From assembly GCA_012026655.1 (NCBI GenBank), contig JAAILG010000227.1, positions 1 through 64,000 on the forward strand: DNA of 64,000 bases, given 5' to 3'. Positions 1 to 13,309 of the stretch are shown here, piece after piece. Made by a program: the position numbers and the translations under genes. The notes beneath the pieces are model-generated. The model was not told where the DNA came from, searched no databases, and worked only from the letters and a program-made list of their open reading frames with translations. How positions within the stretch are numbered: the stretch's first letter is position 1; every line of letters starts with the position of its first letter. Origin of the DNA: Hydrolagus affinis (lineage: Eukaryota).

Positions 1-79
<79 letters not shown>
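1..79. repeat. Poly-G homopolymer (79 nt)
   Basis: Direct reading; at the window edge and possibly an artefact. Confidence 0.9.
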
Positions 80-80
<1 letters not shown>

Positions 81-2699
81 GGAGAGGTTAGGGTGTGGGG
101 GGAGAGAGAGAAAAAGTGTCCTTGGAATATAATTCAATTCATATGGTGAATAATGTTGGTCATTCTCTTGCGCGTCTGTTTGATGGACAGGCTGACAGAG
201 AAAACATAAGGCTCTCTACTTGCATCAAACAATGGGAGATTGCAAGTTCAGGACGATGACATTACGGTTGGTACTGGGGACAGTCTGAGTGGGGGAGGCA
301 TTCTGGTTCCAGCAGAGAAGGTGTGGGTCACATTGAACAGACTGCCCTGGAAGCCTGGTGAGATTATCCTTCCCAACTCTTAACCTGCTGTGAGACAGCA
401 AGAAGCATTCTCTACAGCCTTGTACGCACACATCCTTTCAATGTGGTTTCAGTCGGAAACCGGGATCAACATGCCACTGGCAAGTGGAGGCAAAAAAAGA
501 GCTGGCTTTAGCTCGTCTAGGAGGAGAAAGAAATGTAGCAAGAGCAGCTTGTAACCGTCCGACTAGATAACATCACCAGTCCATTGGCATTGGATTAAAT
601 CTAAAGAAATATGTACAAATTAATATTCCTACGATTATTTTTTTCACTATTTGTTTGCAGTTGCTCCCATCTTAATTTAAGCGGTGGGGGTTGGGGGGGG
701 GTGGATGTTATTATTTTTATACAATCTATACGATGGAATTTTTTTTTCCTAAACCATTCAAAAGTTTAGATGAATCAGACTTATGCTTATTGTTAAGTAG
801 CATTCTAGCTTCCAAGACCATTTCAGGTAAAGCCAATTCCCAGCTGTTTCAGGGAAAGAATTGGACTATGGTAACGTGCAATCCATTCACCATTCAGTGT
901 ACTAGGTGTAGATGTAAAGGACCATACCTGGTTCATACTATAGAGCCAGTAGTGATAAGAGAGAAGCAAGGTAAGAGATCCTCAAGTGCAGGCCTCACCA
1001 CCCTTGTCACACAGACCCATTCACCTTGGCATTGACAATATTGTGCAAGAATGTGACCAGATCCCACATAAACATGCTGCCAAAATAACATATTTGTGGA
1101 AAATATGTGAAAAGCTTGTTCCCCCAACTGTGGCAGCTACTAACTAAGGATAACCACAATCTGAACAGAAGCATAATGTTGACAAAAAGTATTCCTGTTA
1201 TTGACAATTATTTTGTTTTCTACCGTGAAGGTGCTGGCTCTTACATGGGATCTGGTTTGGTCAACAAAGTTCCTATAAATATACTGTACAGTCAATAAAA
1301 TTTCAACAACCCACTTTCAAACTGAACCTATGCTTACTCTGAATAACATGTCTTCAACTATTATCCATGCACGCACTTTGTAGCACAAGGTCTTTGAATG
1401 GTGTCCAAGAGTGGGAAAACCTGTCTTAATTATCTCTAATGATAATCGTTCCTGATCCCAATGGGTGTCAATATTTGTTGTAAAACATTTATTGACTATT
1501 TATGTCTGTCAAGTTAATTCTGCAATAAATCAAATGTATTCAATGTTTCAGGTAGTTAGATTTGTTTTCCTGTTTTTACATTCTGTGAAGCACTTTGAGA
1601 CATCTCGAAGACAACAACAACAATAACTTGTATTTATATAGCACCCTTTACAATAACCAATTGAGGTAGAGACATGATTTATACCTTATTAGAAAAATCT
1701 TGCACCTAGCAGTGTCATGGCCATATTTTGTGAGGTTATTGCCTATCCTTGATAAGCTATATTGAAACATGCTTTAATTAAGCTTCAAAATATGCATTGT
1801 ATTCTGCAAATAGGTAGCTGCAGAGGAAAGCACACACTGTTCAGAGAGATACATCTATATTCTGCAACAAATGTATGGCACTTTTTTCTGATTGTCACAT
1901 TACCTAGAGTCCTCCCATGTGAGGCAGACTGAGAGACTCAGAGAGAGAGAGAGATAGAGTTAAGGGAGTCCTCCCATTGAATCCTATCACAGCAGTCCTC
2001 CCTGCTGAGTGGAGATAAAGACATAATGTTTTGTGTGAGGTGTTTGTCTGTGTGTCAATCGACATTCCATATTGGATCATTTGGTTGCAAGTGAAGCTGC
2101 AATGCGTACAGCAAGTTTATTAATAATATTGTTTTGTTGACTATGGAAATTTTGCTTGTATTTAAAGGAATTTTGTTAGGCTTCATGGTCATTTTGTTTT
2201 AAAGAATACACTTTGTTGCTCAGAACCATTTTGGCCATGGTGACACAAAGTCGTTGAGGTCACAATGAAAAATCCATGGGGAATGATTCCCAGATTTAGT
2301 GACTAGTTCTTTCAACATAATGGCTGAAAATCGAGGTGTGATTTGCCATGTTAAATGTTGTGAAATGGTGCATTCTTTGAATGGGTATTTCAATTATTTT
2401 AGCAAAATTAAAAGAGAAACCATTAAGGTGGAAGTGTAGTAACATTGATAAAATGCTCTAGCCCAATTTGCTTCTCAACCCAAAGTGCACACAAACATTC
2501 CAGTAGGGGTCACCAGATAGCAGATCCCTGACTGATATATTTTCTTTCTTTTCCCCCTTTTTTATTGGGAGTCATAGATAAAAAAAATCTATTTAACAGA
2601 ATCTCCTTAAGGTGCCTTAAGATGTCCTTATGGTGTCAATGCTGCGTCCTCTCTTTTGTGAGACTCCATCTGGCGTGAAGGGCAATATACAAATGCAAG

Positions 2700-3120
2700 T
2701 TGTCATTGTTGATCCACATCTTTGTTATCTCCAACTGGCCAAGTCTCTCAGTCTTCTCAGTTCTCTCTTTCAGTCTCTCTGTCTGCCTCCAATCTTCAAC
2801 ATCCTGTTCACTGGCCTTCCCAACTCTACCCTCCACAACTCTGCAGGTCATATCCTCTACTCTACTAGGCTCCACAAGGCCACCTCCCCCATCCTCACCT
2901 GGCTCCACTGGCTCCCTAGTACTACAACCCAACCACTCCAGCTATTCCGTTCAACTTCACCATTCGTGTACAATATTCAGCCACTTTATTCTTGCCCTCT
3001 GGATTGTTCTTCATATATCTCTCTGGATTGTTCTTCGTATATCGCCTTCTCCTTTTCTGTTTTCAAAATCCAGCTAAAGACCTACCTATCCCTTTAATTC
3101 TGCGTTCAGCCTTCATCTTG
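2700..3120 (+). mobile_element. L2-clade LINE 3' fragment
   Basis: Degenerate ORF2 C-terminus (LIHIFVIS...TSPILTWLHWLP); contains a 24-bp tandem duplication at 2997-3044. Confidence 0.75.
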
Positions 3121-3922
3121 GGATGCCATTTGGTATGCCACTTTTAAGACATTTTCCGGATATAGAGGGACAAATTCTTGTCCCAATTTGTGCAGTCGAT
3201 TTTACACTTACAAGTTAGAATACTAATGGGATGGCTGGGGATGGGCTAGTCAGATTCTGGTAGATGCCCTTTTGCTAGGTGGCCATTTTTGGCATTTTCC
3301 ATCAATTGGTTTGGTGGGATATCACAACATTAATGCACTGTTAACTGCTGCCAACACCTAAATGGAGGTTAGGAATAAACATGTTGAAATATGGCTCATA
3401 ACCATGAAAGTGTTTGAGATTGGATGTAACTAAAAGCATTCCAGATCATGATTCCTACTCCAAGTCTAAGTAGCATTCTTTATTTTTAAATGAGATGTAA
3501 TTTACCTTATTTTTCTGGTTTTTACATTCAAACCTATAATTTTCATAAACTTCAATGTATCATTTAAATCTTACTCCCATTACCAACAAAACACATCTCC
3601 ATAAATGTCTTGTGGCACTAACCTCTGTTCTAAAGTTGTTTACAATTTGCCTCTGTTACATAATAATAAATAGAATAATCCTTGCATTTGATACAGAGCT
3701 TTTCATGTCTCCTAGACATCTCAAAGTGCTTCCAACTTATTTAAGCAATGTAATTTCTAGCTCCTTTAAATGTGAACTATAAAACAATCTCAGGAGATGC
3801 ACAGAAGAACTATTTAATTGTGGAAATAAAATGTATTAATGCTATCAACCATACATGTTGCTTCAAATGTGACCACGTTAAGAGGGCTGATCTTATTTGA
3901 AGAGCCTCCAATGAATAGAAAG

Positions 3923-4120
3923 AAAAACAGAAATCACTGGGAACACTCAACAGGTCAGGCAGCATCAATGTTTTGGGTCCACAATGGGCCCGAAAGGTCA
4001 TGGACCAGAAACATTGACTCATTTTCTTTTCTCCATAGATGCTGCCTGACCTACTGAGTGTTCCCAGCGATTTCTGTTTTTGTTTCAGATTTCCAGCATC
4101 TGTAGTATTCTGCATTTTGT
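3923..4120. mobile_element. Penelope-like terminal repeat fragment, inverted arrangement
   Basis: gatgctgcctgacctactgagtgttcccagc...ttccagcatctgtag motif shared with 13310-13727 and 39066-39237; inverted arms 3923-3966 and 4038-4080. Confidence 0.7.
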
Positions 4121-5667
4121 GCTCCCATAGCACAAAATAAAAACTGAAGGAATCGAGGTACAATCTTACTCCCTGTGTCAGCTTTGGGGCATTAAATTTC
4201 ACTGGGCACATTACTTGTGCATTCATGAATTTTATTGGGCATTACAGAGACGCAGTGGTGTGTAGTTCACCTGACTGTATTTGTTTTACAGCTTAATAGT
4301 CTCTGCTGTTAGTCTTGGATGTGTATTCAATTCATTAACATTGAATCAACAATTAGAGCTTTCTGACTTTCTTTAGTGGGATTAATGGATATTGGCAAGG
4401 TTAGTACATACACCAGCACAACCTCTTGCTGGGAAAGCTAGCAAGCTTGACTAATTCCCTAACTTCATGACTTTATTCTGTGCTTTTAAGTTTGACTGAG
4501 GGGTTTAAAGGTAATGACTTCATGCTGTTGCCTTTGAAAATGGGATCGTTTCGTACAATTACAATTCGAGAAACTTGGAAGGAATTTTATGGCTAAGAAA
4601 AATGAAAAGTTGACATTAGATTCCTATTAAATCCCAGTCATGTAAGGGATGGCCTCAGATTTTGAGAAGAAACATTACTTCAGCTGCAAGATAACCATGG
4701 CTATAAATATAATAATTAAATTGTTGAACAAAATCAAGACGATTCCTCTTCATTCCAAAGTTTTATTTCATAGATTTTGCAAACGAGTGAAATTCAAGAA
4801 AAAAATCACTGCAACAGAAATGTTATACTTTCTGAATCATTGATATGATTTCCTGTTTGACAAAACTAGCAACTAACTGGCAATCCGAGGAAAACTATAC
4901 ATACACGAAGGATTGTGCCTTAAACACTGGTGTGACAAATGACAATTCTGTCTGTTTATTGGGATTTATTTTCGACTGAAAGTGCAGTTGCCAAGATGTA
5001 ATTGGTCAAAGAGAAATCTGGCAAAGTTGCATTCTCTGGTACCTAATTAACAGCTTTGGTTTGAAAGAGAGACCCTATGACTATGCCATGAAATGTTCAG
5101 CTGCATTGTTATTCCGCTTGACTGGCTTGCTAAAAAGTCGCCTGGGCATTGGCAATGGTGTTAAAGGAAAATTCAATAGATGTTTTGTATTGTGCCAACT
5201 GAAGTGAAAGAAGGCAACCATTAAACTTTCAAATGGGCAGCTGCAATCTGCTAGTTAAATGGAGCTAAATATGAGATTTACAGTTAATTCATAGTAATTA
5301 CATAAAAATAAAAACAGAAACAGTGTTTATGTATTTGTGAGAGTCTTTTAAAACAATGTATAACAATGCAAATGCTTTATTTGTGACTTATTCACTTTAT
5401 TCTCAAGTAATTCACCCTGGCATAATTTTATTAATTTAAAATCCCAACAATATTGCCAGGTTGGATGTAAAGTGTTTGAATACAGTGTAGAGCTGGGTAA
5501 TATACTGTGAAGGACTATTTGACCATTAGTAAGTTTTAAGGAATGTAAAATGTTTTAAATTGTGCTTCAAAGTTTGCTTTATAATGTTCTGTGGAAAATA
5601 ATATTTGATTTAAACGTTTAAATAATGACATTTGTTTGAAATATCTAATTCTTTCTAGCCCATGTTA

Positions 5668-5820
5668 TGTGTGTGTGTGTGTGTTTGTGTTTTTTCTTTG
5701 TTTCTCTTTCCCTGATTTCTTTCTCTGTCTGTATATGTGTGTGTGACTGTTTTCTCTCTCTGTTTCTCTGGTTTTCTTTCTCTCGTTGTTTATGTGTGTG
5801 TGTGTGTTTGTGTATGTGTG
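5668..5820. repeat. Compound (TG)n/(TC)n low-complexity tract
   Basis: Direct reading. Confidence 0.85.
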
Positions 5821-7934
5821 CATTTTATAACCGTCTGCCTGTCTGTTTCTCTCTTGTTGGAATAAAGAAGTCGTTTAACTTCAGTCAGCTAAAACTTGTG
5901 AAAAAAAATCCCAATTGGAGAAAAACATGTAAATCTTGATGTCTCATCAAATGTTACCAAAGAAGTTAGCATTTCTCACTGCACAATGGCTGAACTAAGG
6001 AACTTTGGTCACTGTATAAGAACCATTGTCCTGATTACTGTGTCTGTTGGGAGCAAAGTCCAGCCTGGTCGTGGGAAATACCTACATATCTGACACTAGA
6101 CTCATTTCTTTCAGAAAAGGGGTGGAATAGAAAGTGGGGGTAATTTTACTGTTGCATTCTAATCAGCCATGGTCTGCCTAATTTTCTTTGATCTGAAAGA
6201 TAAACTAATTTTCCTATAGGTTGGACAAAAGTAGTTAGCTATGTAATGCTTTTATGTCGCCTGAATGGAGTATAGAGAGAGGGCAGGAATAGTAATGGTG
6301 GGAGCACAACCTTTCTCTCAAACTCATCCACAGTAGCTGTTGCTTTGAAATCTGAACCCAAACCAAAGGCTACTGGAATGCTATGCTCTGCGCTGTCTCT
6401 CTGATTGGTGACTTTCAAAATAAAGAGCGATTATATTAGAGCGGCTGAAATACACGTCTATTTGGCCAAATGTTTTCGGTTACATCAATAACCGACTGCG
6501 ATAATTAGATTACATGTGTGCAAACACTTGTCAATGCACATTGAATTTCTACACACCATGCTGCAGAACAGAGTCAGGAAAACTTTTTTTCAAGTTAAAA
6601 AAATGTTTCTGACCTTTTGGGTTTGTGCTTTATATGCATGGCTTGTGAAACCACTTTTCGAGATTATCTGGTAAAATGTACCTGCTCTTTAAGGGGGGAA
6701 AAAAACACTGCACTGAGCAGAGAGCAAACAAAAGTCAAGCCATAAGGTTTTGTTTCATGAAAAAAAATGAAGAGTTCAGCTCTATCCTAAGCTGCTTGTT
6801 TTTCTGTCAGAAAGGGATCAAGGCAAAGGCTGACGTGATGACTTGGGCAAAATACCAGGAGAGTATTGATAGCAGCCTTGATAGAAGGTTGCGAAACGAA
6901 TCCCACACATTACAGACACTAATCGGGTGTTGAAGTAAGGTTGCATGTTGTATCTGTACTTTACTGTATTGGTCATAGTTTTTCAGACTTTCCTAAACCA
7001 TTCAATGATATTCTAGTGGAATGACATATCATTTTTGTTTTGGTACATGGGCTTGTTAATGTGATACTGTACTGTGTTATTATTTACTCCAGATCAACAT
7101 GGATGTTATTTTTCCTTGACTTTTCTTGTGGGAAGTATATTTGTTAATCTCTTTAAGATTTCTATATACCCTTTGGGTGTCAGGTTCTTCTCCTGGAATG
7201 GATTGATAGGCCAGCTGTCAAATATTCATGCAGCATTAGTGATTGAAATAAAACTGTTGGATTTTGTGACTAGATGTGTAGGTGAACTCCACAGAAACAC
7301 AGTTCGGCTGAAATATTGCAAAGAGCAAATATTACAAATGAAGAATAAATGAAGGCACGTTCACATGTGAATAAGGGCTGGTAAAGCACAAGTTGATTTA
7401 AACTGATTTTTAATGATATGCTTGCCATCATATACTGGGGTCTAATTTATTCCATACTATTCCTTTATATGGAATCGCATTATAATTCCCACTGAGCCAG
7501 GGGAACACTGCTCTGTGGATTGTGGTGGGGAGGAACTCCTGTGGGGTGGCATGAAATACTTCTGGTTAATGGAAATAATCCAAATGTGTGTGATTCACAC
7601 TCTTTATCTAGGAATCCTGTTAAATAATATTATAAATTTGACCCCAGTTATGTGTATATCATAGCTCACAAACAATCTTTATATAGATTGAGTATGATAT
7701 AGTTTAATTGAATATAATTGTGTGAAAATAGTTATCTATAATATAAATTTTTATTTAATTTTGAAAAAAAATCTGTACCTTAACTAATAGAGTAGTGTAA
7801 TGCCAAGTTCACTGCTGGATACTCAAACACCAACGTATATTGTCTAGGCTGCTTTTCTGTTTCATATTATACATGATGGCTTTCTTTGAAATCAACAGAT
7901 ATTTTAAGATACTTTTATAAGGCAAATGCAGCCA

Positions 7935-8280
7935 ATAAGGTTCTGGGTTCAAGCTCCACATTGGCACCTTGAGCTCACAGTTGAGGCAATGCTGTTGTAG
8001 GCACTGTGCTTTGGATTGAGATGTTAAACTGAGTGGACATTAAAGGTGTTTACTCAAGTGGAGATTAAAGGTGCTGTGACACAAGCCTAAAAGAGACAGG
8101 TGGTATTTTTTAGCCAACAATTCCAAATACTGTACCGTATATTGATCATTCACTTCATGGCTGCATGTGAGACATTTCTGTACACTTGCCTACATATAGA
8201 GAATCACTGCAATTCACGGCAATTATCTCCTACAAGGCATTTTAAGATCTTTTGACATTGCGAGCAAATATTAAATGTAA
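7935..8280 (+). mobile_element. Deu-domain SINE (SacSINE1/AmnSINE1-like), degenerate
   Basis: B-box-like ggttcaagc, gagatgttaaactgag...gtggacattaaag core and degenerate 3' tail. Confidence 0.6.
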
Positions 8281-11200
8281 AGTTTATGATCAATCAGTCA
8301 ATCAATCAAAATTTACATTTATATAGCACCTTTCAGGTCGAGAGGACGTCCTAAGGCGCTGTACAGTTAGGTGGGGACAAGGGCAGGGGGGGAGGGGTTG
8401 GGGCAGGATGAAGAAGAGTAGGAAAATTTACTGTATATTTGTGGTTAAAATATGATTAAAACATGGTGCACTTTTGATTAGAAAATAATAATTTCTATAA
8501 GGAGATGTTTTGAAACAATTTTACATCTGTTTGTGAAAGCTTGAAATTCCTGTTGTTTTTCATCAGCATTCAGTGTTTTATATTATTAGTTACAATAAAT
8601 TTCAGTATCATGCCATATGAGTAAATTTGATGCAAATAAGATTTGTATGACTGGAATACTCTGTTATTTACTGCCATGTCAATCCAATTCAAAGCCCTGT
8701 GTATTAAACCTGTCTTCAATTTAGTTTCTTGAAAGCTTGGCAGGATAAGAGGCCAGTGTGTTTATTTTTAAATAGAATCTCTTAACTCTCCTGTCAGCGC
8801 TTCTCAGTCAGTAAAAAATGAACAAAAGTAGAATCTATTCGATTGTAACCATTCAGTGTCTCTAAATTGTGTCTCTTTATATTTGTCATGGCTTCTGCTT
8901 ATTTCATCAGTTCACCTGGAATAATTATTGCACAAGGCATATTTGTACAGTTTGTCACAAATCAGCATGGATACAGTGACCATTACTCCGTACAAGTTTG
9001 TGTTGTATATCCATTGCAATGAGTATACTGTAGTACAGAACCTTTCTTTCCATCTTCTGGAAGTTACTTCAGGACAACTTGTAAAGGGCCCAGTTCCATT
9101 CTTATTATTCTGATCATACACTGAGACAATTAATTAATGAACAATGCCAACTATCTAAGATATTTATTTTGGATATTTTATTGAAAAGCCTGAATGAAAT
9201 GTCCTAGGCCTTCAATGTTCTTATAGATTGAAAACTATAAGAACATTCAAGAAATAATGTTTACGCTTGGGATAATAAGTTTGGGATTTTAAAACCTGTA
9301 AGAGGATGGTAAATAATATAGTTGAGCCATAGACTTTAAATTGAGAAATCTCACAGGGAATCAAAGAAGTAAGAAGGGTATCAGACATTCTAAAAATGTA
9401 GGTGAGATTTATTATTAAGGTATTTTTATTAAATGAGATGGTCACTATTAATATTAATAATCTTAAGAATATTGCTGGAAATACATGAGATTAGGATCAT
9501 CAGAATACTGTACTTTGAACCAAATGCTTTGGACCATTCTTTGCAGTCCCATCCAGCCAAACCTTTTGATGTTTGATATTAATGCAAGCAGGACATGAGT
9601 GACTTAACACATTCTGGGCACTAATTTCATCAACTTCTCATTCCAAACATGTTATGAAGTTCACTAGTGCTAGGGATAGCTATGTGTTAGTATATATCAT
9701 ACAGGTGTGAGAGATGGAGAATGTATTATGTGGGCATACTGTAAAGTGATTGTAGGACAGTAATCTATCTTAATAAGTAAAATACTCTAATGGTATTCTA
9801 ATCTATATGTGCAAAGCTCATTCACTTTATAGTGCTGATCAGAATCAAATTACCCTGCAGCTTTGAAATCTATTCCTGGCATATTTGTTGTATTTCTGGG
9901 TTTTGTTCCAACAGTCTGGTGTTATAATTGGCAATTGCTCATCTGGATGTTATATAATCTGTTGATCCTGCAAAAGATCCAAGAATGATATTGAGGATAT
10001 CGATTAACCACATTATGGCAATTTTATAAACCAAAGCTATTGACAGGTGCCAAGGCTGCCACGGTGAACCTGAAGTATCGATCTGGGTTGACTCTCTTTG
10101 CCATTTACTCTAAAAGGAGGTATCCACAAAGACACATCTTCAAGGCTGAAGATCCTTAGCTTTTTTTGTAGTCTTTCCTCATACCTTATCCCTTTATATC
10201 ATAGATCAACCCCACTTCTCTCCAAGTTTAAACATTGAAAGAATAAAACTAACTTTTAGCTTTTTGAATAGAAAATGTTGCGACTGTCCAAATATTCCAT
10301 TACAAATTCTCAAGTATATTTTAAACGCACGTAAGATTTTCATAAGAACATCAATTGTTTTTGTTTGATTCTTCATCTCAAGGCAAAAGCATTACAGTAG
10401 TATAATTTTATGACTGTGTTGCATGTTAATCTGCATTTACCGGGACCTTGTAAAACCAGAAGGGGGAAGCATAAAGATTCTAAAAGTAAAGCTAGTTTGT
10501 TTTGGTAACTGACTCCTCGGTTCCTTTATGTGAAATATTTTAATACATTGTGACGATGAAAAAAACCCATAACAAACACTCAGACTAAGTTTTACAGCAA
10601 TTCAACCCACAAATGCCTCTGCCTAGCTTTTGTATGGCATCACAGTTTGTCCACTGCACAAATGCAGAGCTGAAATAACAACTCATGAATTACTGCTTGT
10701 GAAATGGCTGTGTACACAAGGTGAATGCTGAAGCCTTTCCTTCTGAATAGACCTTTTAATCTATGCATTATCTTTGCTTTGAAAAAGTCTTCGGTTGCCT
10801 TATGTACAGATTAGTGGGAATGGCTGGAACTCTGAGTTGGAGCTATTTGTTGAAACTGTTTTAAGGATTTACCGGTGGTTGACGAATGCCATTTATTCTT
10901 TGAAAGTCTTCAATGTGCCATTGAAAAGGAATTTAAGGAAAATCCTCTACTAAATAAGAGGAGCAATTGGAAAGATCTCTGTAGTAGCTCCTTTTTTACT
11001 CACATCTTTCATTGCCTCTGCTCAGACAGGACTTGAAGCGTGTGGCTGTGGAAGAGAGGAGGGAGAGTAGGACTCCCTTTTAAAACATTTGAATGAAATA
11101 GAATGTGCCAATCTGCTTTTGTTAGTAACCATGAGAACTGAATACAACCGTTTCCACAAGAAATGCCTCTGCACTTGTAGGTAGGCCTTTAAAGAACCCT

Positions 11201-12164
11201 GGACTCATTTATTCTGACAGAATGGGACACAGGGAAGACCTTTGTTTAATGTTGCTTTCACTGTTTAAAATCCCTCAGAAAAATCTGCCTTTAGAACCAA
11301 TATGGAATGCTCCATTTTTTTTAGCCTAAACAGATTAGTGTTCAATCCCAACATTATTTAATAACTTTTCTTTTTGGTATCCTCAATGATAGATGGTTCT
11401 TACTTTTATAGACAGATTAATAGTTTGTGCTGATACACTATATTTATATTTCTCCACAGGAATTTTACAATACATCTAGGCATCTTTTTATACTATATTG
11501 AAGTCTGATGTAGAACACATGAAGTCAGACCGAATGCATAATTTTTTGTATTTCATTCATTGGTTCTTTAACTGAAATAAATGTATAATGTCTTCTACTC
11601 AACTCACTGACAAATATTATTCTGTTGTGCTTCAATGTTTCCTGAAATGTAATTTCAGGGAAGTAATATCCTCTGTAATCAGTCTTATTTCATGCATTTA
11701 TTCATATATTTAAGTCTATTTAAAAAGGTTCAGGGCAACCTTGATTTAGCATTTTTTTAAACCTTAATTGAAAATCTAAGTCTTTTTTCTGTTCATATTA
11801 TCTTTAATACGGATGTAGAACAAGAATTGTGACCCATTAGGAGCCCGGGGTAAGCAACTTTGATTATGTGGACTGTAGACAACACTATGGTTCAAATTTT
11901 CATAGAAAATTGTTGCCTCCAAGGGTTTTATTGAACAGAATAGGATGCTGTCTCTGATGACTTGTATGTAGTTATTCAGGAGAGCTGTTCCTTTTTTGGT
12001 GCTCCTATTCTTTTCCCTACTAGACCGATTGGCGTCTAGTAATCCATTCATTTACTGGGCATCATGCTTTAATGTCTGTGTGTGGACCTTTCTCATCACT
12101 ACAATAAGCTAAGCTTGTTTAGTTTAAAATCAAAAGACTTTGTCATTTTGAGACATTCCTTTAG

Positions 12165-12627
12165 ATAGCACCAAACTTCGCTCCCCATTACCCCAGTCCT
12201 TGCCAGAATTCACAAGCTCCCTATCCCAGAGAGGATCAATTTCAAGATCCTCATCCTTGTCTTCAAATCCCTCCACTCCTCTGCACCCCCATACCTCTCC
12301 GACCTCCTCTCTTCTCAAACCAGCACCCGTTGCCTTCACTCCACCAGGTCTGGCCTCCTACATGTCTCCCGAATCCTCTGCTCCACCCTCGGCAGCTGTG
12401 CTTTCAGCAACTATGCCCCGAGGCTCTGGAACTCCCTTCCTCACTCCGTTTGCCTTGCCCCCTCTCTTCCCAGTTTCAGGTCCCAGCTAAAGAACTTTCT
12501 GTTTGACTGCGCCGTTGGTCACCTTTCAACCCCTGCTCCTGGCTCGTCCCCGGGATCTGTTGTTGTGAAGCGCTCTGAGACGCTGTCCAGTGTGGAGGGT
12601 GCTATATAAATCAAAGTTGTTGTTGTT
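12165..12627 (+). mobile_element. L2-clade LINE 3' end with (TTG)n tail
   Basis: PITPVL...QRINFKILILVFKSLH reading, then gtgaagcgctctgagac...gctatataaatcaaagttgttgttgtt. Confidence 0.85.
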
Positions 12628-12937
12628 ACTCCAAGCTCATGTCCAAAATACTGTCTGTCCAGCACCTTGGGACATCCTCCCTTTTGTTGTTGTTGTTAGG
12701 CTACATCGTAGATATTCGGTTGTAAACATTTAATCAATTACATGTTGTGCAATCTATTGAGCCCTGTGAAATAGAATCTATTTTTTATCAACACAAACTG
12801 AATTGAATTCAGATCACGTGTGTTTACTGAGAGTGATAATTCATTTTTAGTCAATAATTTCCAGCTATATCAACCACCTATAGTAATAATTTAATAATAA
12901 TAATAATCCTTGTATTTGGAGTCCTGTAACTCAATGC

Positions 12938-13307
12938 GTGGAATTCTGTAGCTCAGTGGTTAGAGCACTTGCCTTGCAAGTGAGAAACCTAGGTTCAATT
13001 CCTGGCAGGGCGAAATGTTGGGCAAGTTTCCTTACACCATATGCCTCTGTTTACCTAGCAGTAAGTTGGAACACAGTTGTTAGTCGAGTAGTGGAATGCT
13101 TTTCCAGGCATAATATAATTCCTTAAAAAAAAGGGGTCATTTCAATCCACAATTGTTTGTGGGGCACCTCTGTGTGCGATTGGCTGCTGTGTTTTTCCCA
13201 CAAAAAATTGATACAGTCAAGTCACATTACAGTATATTCTACGAAGCACTTTAATATGTTTAGAAGATGTGATAGTCACTATATTAAATGGAAGGATTAT
13301 TATTATT
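12938..13307 (+). mobile_element. Full-length tRNA-derived SINE with (TTA)n tail
   Basis: A box tagctcagtgg, B box ggttcaattcc, ttgggcaagtt, gattggctgc core, aaggattattattatt tail. Confidence 0.9.
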
Positions 13308-13309
13308 TT

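Noticed and set aside
2630-3097. 155-aa ORF as a host gene (also ORFs 12200, 19656, 26945, 45608)
   Set aside because: They overlap decayed L2 or SINE sequence and lack host-gene exon structure
1390-10910. Cluster of TCF/LEF CTTTGWW sites in intron 1
   Set aside because: At this AT content roughly one site per 1.2 kb is expected by chance, and the observed density looks no higher
12938-13010. tRNA gene (also 26969, 31140-31200, 36390-36460)
   Set aside because: No intact acceptor stem; anticodon loops differ between copies; each continues into a SINE body and tail
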